Shown here piece after piece: positions 58,148-64,000 of a DNA stretch of 64,000 bases. Made by a program: the position numbers and the translations under genes. The notes beneath the pieces were generated by a model. That model had not been told where the DNA came from. It did not search any database and saw nothing but the letters and a program-made list of their open reading frames with translations. Source of the stretch: Fistulifera solaris (taxonomy: Eukaryota); assembly GCA_030295235.1 (NCBI GenBank), contig AP026143.1, positions 124,001-188,000 on the forward strand. The letters run 5' to 3'. The first letter of the stretch is position 1, and the number at the start of each line of letters is the position of its first letter.

Positions 58148-59583
58148 ATGGCACCACCAGAGATTCTTCCCACAACGGAAAAGAAACCCCGACTAACGTT
58201 TCTTTTTTGTTACAGTGATTCTTGGCGTATTGATTTTTTTGATTGCACTGGTCAGTACTTTTATGACAAGATCCAAAGTATCGCAGGAAGCTGTTTCAAC
58301 ACCCATACGGGAATCACCATCCCCAACAGCAGCTCCCATCATGTCCACTTTGGCTCCTGTTGTTCCCAAGACTCCACCCACAGCTTCTCCAACGGTCACT
58401 TCCTCCCTATCACCAACCGTCCGCTCGCCCACCACAGCACCCACTCGCATTGCCTTTGATCCAGGCAATTTAGTCAAAGATTCGTCACAAGGTCTTTTGT
58501 TGTCGGTGGGTTTGCAAGCACGTATTCTCGCACAAGCGGGACAACCCGTACAGTACAACGTAACGCACCAGTCTTCACTACCGTTTCACGCCATGCCCGA
58601 TTTTGGGGCCACATTTGTCGACACGCGTCCTGAAAATCCTGGAGGATGGATTTATGTCAGTAACAGTGAAGTCCGACGTCCGTGGTATCAAGGAGGCGTC
58701 GGTGCCATTACCTTTGATTCACAAGGCCACATTCGAGAATATCGCATGATATTGACGAATACAACAGCGAATTGTGGAGGAGGTGTCACACCTTGGGGCA
58801 GTTGGGTGTCGGGAGAAGAATATCGCGAAGGTTTGTTTTGGCAAGTGGATCCCACGGGAACGCGGCCTCCGGAAATCTTGACGGTGGGCAAGGAAAAGGG
58901 CATGTACGAGTCCTTTGCGGCTGATCCTCAACGGAATCAGTACTTTGTGACCGAAGATTTCGAGACAGGACCAATCCGACGATTCATTCCGTCGAGCACC
59001 CATCCGACGGATCCCTGGAAGACCTTGCACGGTGAAGGTGAAACGACGTATTTGTATTTGCAGCCCACCTCCGAACAAGAAGGAACGTACACTTGGATAT
59101 CGAACAAGAATCGAGCCCAGTCGAATGCGCAGGCGCTGTTTCCCAATTGCGAAGGCATCGATGTCCATGGCGACAAATTGTACTTTATTTCCAAGAAAAT
59201 TGAAACTGTCTTTGTCTTGGACTTGGCAGGAAACAGCTATACGAGTTATAGCACTCGACAAGGCTTATTTCAAGGACAGCCTGATCAGATGATTCAATTG
59301 CAGGGCAATGCCGACAACACTTTGTACTTTTTTTACCGAAGACGGCAGCGCCAGTGCGGGCGTGCACGCCCGCAACCGTGCGGGCCAAATTTTCACCATT
59401 CTAGAGGGACCGACCTATTCCAATGAAGTGACAGGACTCGCCTTTTCTCCCGACAAAACCCGCATGTATATTGCCTTTCAAGACGATGGAATATTGTTTG
59501 AAATTGTTCGCCAAGATGGATTGCCGTTTTCCGCCCGCTCATTGAATCTTCGGTATCATTCGAGTGCTTTTGATACTGTGTAA
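58148..59583 (+). CDS. phoX: PhoX-like (DUF839) alkaline phosphatase, copy 1, with type II membrane anchor and Pro/Thr stalk
   Basis: PDFGATF, YVSNSE, NCGGGVTPWGSWVSGEE, YESF, VTED, EGI, QPD, TEDG, EVTGLAFSPD. Indels at T-runs near 58204-58209 and 59328-59334. Start codon uncertain. Confidence 0.85.
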
Positions 59584-60269
59584 ACTATCAGCTTCGTGAG
59601 TGTGATGCAAGTTATGTAATGTTTAATGAAAAATTGGCTTAGAGTTTGCTTTTTGCTCGTCAACACGTTTTGTGTTTTGTCGTCCGCGTTATTGAGGAGG
59701 AGAAAAATAATGTTGCAGGTTGCACACGTACTTGTACAGTACAAACCATACCAAGTGTTTGTTTATTTTTTTAACTGGTCTCCTCAGTTTTTATTTTATA
59801 CTCTACACTCTACACATTTTGAAAAACATCGATAATTATCGAAACTCCAAAACTCGAACCTCGAACACAAAATTTGCCATTCTTGCGGAAAAGTACCCGC
59901 TAACCGTTCGCGCGAAAAATTCGTCGATCCATAACAAAATACGTACTAGGTACTACGTAGTATGCATTACAAAGTATGCAGGTGCTTGATGGATGACGGA
60001 TATAGGCCCTAGCTAGGATAGAAAGTAGTACGATTAACGATTAAGAACGCCGCCGCGCCGCGCCGCCACGTGTCGAGGTCATAGGTAAATACTGCATGTG
60101 GGTTCATTTTTTTGATGTGGAACGAGATCGGATGTACACGCCAAAAACGCGGAAAGATGGCGAACAACAGACGAACGATTGAAAAATTCGACCGTTCACC
60201 GCGATGACACAAGGCGCGATAAACGAGAATTTGTTGTTGCGGGCGGGTCACTTGCCCAACCATGGCATG

Positions 60270-60277
60270 GAGATTCG
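60270..60277 (-). promoter_or_regulatory. Candidate PSR-type element CGAATCTC (reverse strand) upstream of PhoX copy 2
   Basis: GAGATTCG on the + strand, ~100 bp upstream of ATG 60371. Confidence 0.4.
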
Positions 60278-60370
60278 CATTACCTTCAAAGCACATCGGA
60301 TCATTCAAAATTATTTCGAATTGTAATCAAAGACTACTCTTTTGTTCGTCTCGAATAACTGTTCTAGAAA

Positions 60371-61612
60371 ATGACGAATGCCCGGCACGAAGAGCCGACG
60401 AAATTGAGGTCATTTTCACGCAAGAATTTCCTCACCGGCTTGGCGGCTCTTTGTGGACCTCCCAAAGTCACGTTTGATCCAGGCAATTTAATACCGGATC
60501 CACACGGTTTATTGCTTTCGGTCGGATTGAAAGCTCGGGTCATTGCACAAGCGGGAAGTCCTGTACCCTATGCAGCTGGAACCCAATCGTCCCTACCCTT
60601 TCACGCTTTTCCGGATTTTGGGGCCACGTTTCGGGATACACGTCCCGAAAATCCCGGAGGATGGATTTATGTTAGTAACAGTGAAGTCCGACAACCATGG
60701 TATCAGGGTGGTGTCGGTGCCATTACGTTCAATTCGCGCGGCGAAACAATCGATTATCGGATGATTTTAACCAACACTACGGCCAATTGCGGAGGCGGCG
60801 CGACCCCGTGGGGAACCTACGTGACCGGAGAAGAATATCGCGAAGGTGTCTTTTGGCAAGTGGATCCCACCGGACAGCGTGTAGCGGAAAAACTCACCGT
60901 CGGTATCGAAAAAGGAGTCTACGAGTCTTTTGCCGCCGATCCGATCCGCAATCAGTACTTTATCACGGAAGACACGTTGGCCGGTCCCGTCCGACGATTT
61001 GTTCCTGCCACCACGGACCCGAACGATTCTTGGAAATCCTTGCACGGACCCGGTACGACCACCTATTTGACCATGAATGCGACATCGGCGCAAGAAGGGA
61101 CGTACGCCTGGATCTCGAGTAAAAGTGCCGCACGACCCTACGCGCAAGCCTTTTATCCCTTCAGTGAAGGCATTGATGTTCACGGCGACCAGCTTTACTT
61201 TGTTTCAAAAACACTCATGACAGTCTATGTGTTGGATCTCACGGGTAATACGTACACGAGTTTTTCGACGCGACAAGGCTTATTTCAAGGTCAACCCGAT
61301 CAATTGATACAATTCAAAGACCGTCGCGATGCACAAGACATCATGTTCTTTTATACCGAAGATGGAGACGCCTCGTCCGGAATTCATGCGCGCAACACGG
61401 ACGGTGAGGTGTTGACGATTCTCGAAGGACCGACCTATTCGCCCGAAACGACGGGTTTGGCCTTTTCACCCGACTTCAAACGCATGTACGTGGCCTTTCA
61501 AGTTGATGGAGTTTTGTTTGAAGTGATGCGTGACGATGGATTGCCATTCACGGCGCGGACCTTGAATGTGCGGTATCATAGCAGTACGAATGCTGTGAAT
61601 GATGTGCGATAG
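60371..61612 (+). CDS. phoX: PhoX-like (DUF839) alkaline phosphatase, copy 2, without stalk
   Basis: Intact intronless ORF with NCGGGATPWGTYVTGEE and ETTGLAFSPD. Collinear paralog of copy 1 from FDPGNL onward. Confidence 0.88.
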   Translation: MTNARHEEPTKLRSFSRKNFLTGLAALCGPPKVTFDPGNLIPDPHGLLLSVGLKARVIAQAGSPVPYAAGTQSSLPFHAFPDFGATFRDTRPENPGGWIYVSNSEVRQPWYQGGVGAITFNSRGETIDYRMILTNTTANCGGGATPWGTYVTGEEYREGVFWQVDPTGQRVAEKLTVGIEKGVYESFAADPIRNQYFITEDTLAGPVRRFVPATTDPNDSWKSLHGPGTTTYLTMNATSAQEGTYAWISSKSAARPYAQAFYPFSEGIDVHGDQLYFVSKTLMTVYVLDLTGNTYTSFSTRQGLFQGQPDQLIQFKDRRDAQDIMFFYTEDGDASSGIHARNTDGEVLTILEGPTYSPETTGLAFSPDFKRMYVAFQVDGVLFEVMRDDGLPFTARTLNVRYHSSTNAVNDVR

Positions 61613-62082
61613 TAGTTGGAAGGGAATGAACAAAGCGCGGGAACGATGTTTTGGATCGTAGTAAAAAATAGACGCAATATATTATATAAGAGATGAATGA
61701 TAAAGTTTTGCAAACTGCAAACAGCCGTTGTAATTGAATCATTGATTATAGATCCTCAAAACGTGAGAGCTTTGCTGTGATTAATAAGGAGTGATTAAAG
61801 GTTAGTGACGGGGACGAATCTGCAATCAACACTGATTATTAGTTACTCCGGTACTACATACGTAGCGACACTCGTGATTCGAGATCCTTCCACAAGAAAA
61901 GCTTGGGCCTGGCCCAACCAGAACCACAAAGCAAACTAGCAAACCTGTTTCCTGTTTGTTGTTTGATCCGTCTCGAAGATGAGTTTGGCCACAAAAAAAG
62001 ACGCCGTCGTTCACCATTATTCGCATTACATCGGTTAAAATCTCTTCTTTCCTTTCCATAAACACTTCAAAACACAGCTTCA

Positions 62083-63000
62083 ATGACGGACCTGATTGTA
62101 GAACGGAAGATGAGTTACAGCGAAGCCGGCGGTGCGATTGCCCGTGATGGCGAACAACCATCGATCCACCGTTCATCACTATCGCAACCGGTCCGTGGAG
62201 TTCCTAAAACGATTAGTTTCGACTCATCGACTGAGAGTATTGGCTCAAGCCACACATCAGATTCCCATTTAAGACTCCTTGACAGTCCGACAAACGGGTA
62301 CAGCCAACGACACGAACCCGTCCGAGGTCTCTCCCGATCCAAGAGCTACGAGCCAGACGATCCCTTCACTCGAAATTTGGAACGAAGCCGCAATAAGCCG
62401 GATCTCGTCCGAGGCGTGGCACGATCGAAAAGTTACGAGGCCAGTCCGTATAACGAACGTAGATGTTCTCGTCGTCCGACTGCCCAACCCGTCCGTCAGG
62501 TATCGCGATCGAAAAGTTACGATGAGCACCATGAACGATGTTCCACGAGAGACCGTCATCACCGACCAGAACCGGTTCGTGGCATGCCTCGATCCATCAG
62601 CTATGAATCATTCAATCCGATGGAAGATCCCCGCACTCGACATTCTGCGCACGAAAGGAACTCGTTCGTGAATAGTCGACACAGTAATCGGCCATCGGAA
62701 TTGAGTAACAGCCTGCACAGTTTTCAAAGTGCTGGAACAGCATCGTCGTACGAAGAATTTGCGACGGAGTATGGCGAACCGCAGCCAAAGAGGGGCTCCA
62801 AGAGAACGTCGGTGAAGAATAAAGAGAAAGAAACCAGAGATCCCAAAGTTGAAACTGTCAACGACGGTCAAATGGACGCCTACAAAGCAATGGTCAGTGC
62901 CAGTGAACGGACTCGGAAAAAGAAACTCAATGCCACCAGTTACGTGAAAATCACTCTTGCGAATGGAATGGCGGGCTACGTGAAATCAGTGCAGCAATAA
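62083..63000 (+). CDS. Hypothetical disordered protein with five PVRGxxRSxSY[ED]-like repeats
   Basis: 305-aa ORF containing PVRGVPKTISFD, PVRGLSRSKSYE, LVRGVARSKSYE, PVRQVSRSKSYD and PVRGMPRSISYE. Confidence 0.8.
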   Translation: MTDLIVERKMSYSEAGGAIARDGEQPSIHRSSLSQPVRGVPKTISFDSSTESIGSSHTSDSHLRLLDSPTNGYSQRHEPVRGLSRSKSYEPDDPFTRNLERSRNKPDLVRGVARSKSYEASPYNERRCSRRPTAQPVRQVSRSKSYDEHHERCSTRDRHHRPEPVRGMPRSISYESFNPMEDPRTRHSAHERNSFVNSRHSNRPSELSNSLHSFQSAGTASSYEEFATEYGEPQPKRGSKRTSVKNKEKETRDPKVETVNDGQMDAYKAMVSASERTRKKKLNATSYVKITLANGMAGYVKSVQQ

Positions 63001-63101
63001 ATGCATACACTTTACGAGGACGATACTAAATGCATACAGCAAAAGAAATCGTAACGTTAAAACTTATGCTATACATCAAAATGATAGAAATTAAGCGGGT
63101 T

Positions 63102-63923
63102 CTATTCAATCGAGCTCCTCCTTCGACTTCTTCGAGGAGACTTGGAGGGTGAAACGTCTTTTCTTGGCATTTCTTTTAAGCCAAATCGTAGCGATTTAGA
63201 TCGCATGGGACGCCTTCTTCGTCGCGAGGGGGAGTCACAGCGCATTATAGCAAATGAAGGACTGTCGTCTCGTGTAATATTCAGCTCCAAATGCGGACGG
63301 ACGCTGGCGGCGGAGGACACCCACATTGTATTCGGATCGGCTGGATTGATCATGTAATGACCATACGGATGGAAGGTACGGCGAGCGCCATGCTCGTGTA
63401 CGGATTCATCGTCCGAGACTGATTCTTCTCCATCGACGGTTTGATCCAGGTTGAGTGGTTTGTTCGGTGTTGGATGCAGTTCTAGGGATAACGAGGCATC
63501 CTGCAACGCCAGATTGGATACGGACTCTTCGTTCACATAACTGGAGTATTGTTTGTATCGCTTTATTTTGAGAGGTGATATAGAGCGCTTTTCGCTGAAC
63601 AATTTCATAGCCTTCGTCGGCAGCGAGTGCATACTCGACGCCAAACCCTTTTCCGTGGCGACGTGGGAGACGCATCGGATCCGGACGAGCTTTCGGTTTG
63701 TGCCGTATGATCCTCCAAATTTTTGGAATGGAAACTTGTCTTGAGCATACTGCTGATCAGATTCTTGCGTCCGCGCATGACCGGGCTCGAAAGAGGGCTG
63801 GGAAGATTCTTCGGAGCAGCATGGCGAAACTCGTGGGACAGTTTTTCTCGAAGCTGGGGCTGGGCACTCGTTCGGCTGATTTCGATATTGCTGTTCATCG
63901 TGCGTGCCTGGTGGTTTGAGCAA
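63102..63923 (-). CDS. Hypothetical Ser/Arg-rich disordered protein; 5' end uncertain near the window edge
   Basis: 273-codon ORF starting at a non-ATG codon; basic tail SPSKSPRRSRRRSSIE. Confidence 0.55.
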   Translation of the reverse strand: MLKPPGTHDEQQYRNQPNECPAPASRKTVPRVSPCCSEESSQPSFEPGHARTQESDQQYAQDKFPFQKFGGSYGTNRKLVRIRCVSHVATEKGLASSMHSLPTKAMKLFSEKRSISPLKIKRYKQYSSYVNEESVSNLALQDASLSLELHPTPNKPLNLDQTVDGEESVSDDESVHEHGARRTFHPYGHYMINPADPNTMWVSSAASVRPHLELNITRDDSPSFAIMRCDSPSRRRRRPMRSKSLRFGLKEMPRKDVSPSKSPRRSRRRSSIE

Positions 63924-64000
63924 CGCTTGAATGGGATCACAAGCTTCAATTGCTTGTGGAAATGATAATGAATGAGAAAGGGGTGATATGGGCGAATGAG

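Noticed and set aside
37760..61612. Bacterial contamination or a bacterial island (Deg, RF3, DUF3611, PhoX)
   Set aside because: RF3 has a spliceosomal intron, RF3 and DUF3611 have bipartite presequences, and all are interleaved with plainly eukaryotic genes.
1..64000. tRNA, rRNA or snRNA genes
   Set aside because: No cloverleaf with a T-loop in proper context and no rRNA-like stretch seen by eye; an Infernal/tRNAscan run would be needed to exclude them.

Overview
Gene-dense eukaryotic nuclear DNA, most likely a pennate diatom. This rests on 58-80 bp GT-AG introns, signal-peptide-plus-transit-peptide plastid presequences, a GDPH/VWD secreted protein with RxL motifs and PT-rich stalks; the species cannot be determined from sequence alone. 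About 25 protein-coding genes are present. The left half (1-33 kb) holds very large genes: a mitochondrial carrier, a BEACH/WD40 protein, a DUF1769-PH-DUF547 fusion, a PH-anoctamin, an acylation-motif USP deubiquitinase and a RING-Tudor-like-BRCT protein. A gene-poor stretch at 34.9-37.7 kb carries a 787-bp non-autonomous element with ~225-bp near-perfect inverted repeats, a 30-bp perfect palindrome flanked by a 7-bp direct repeat, and stuttered short repeats. The right half holds compact genes: a Deg protease, plastid RF3, a piggyBac-like Zn-finger orphan, an NXPE/PC-esterase-like protein, FTHFS, a CTL transporter, an ankyrin protein, a ceramidase, DUF3611, a PWI protein and two tandem PhoX-like phosphatases with different N-termini. 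Many long genes are split by single-base indels, mostly at homopolymers, most likely assembly errors, so gene models are given as merged spans. No tRNA, rRNA or CRISPR array was recognised. Domain calls come from motif recognition by eye, not from database searches.
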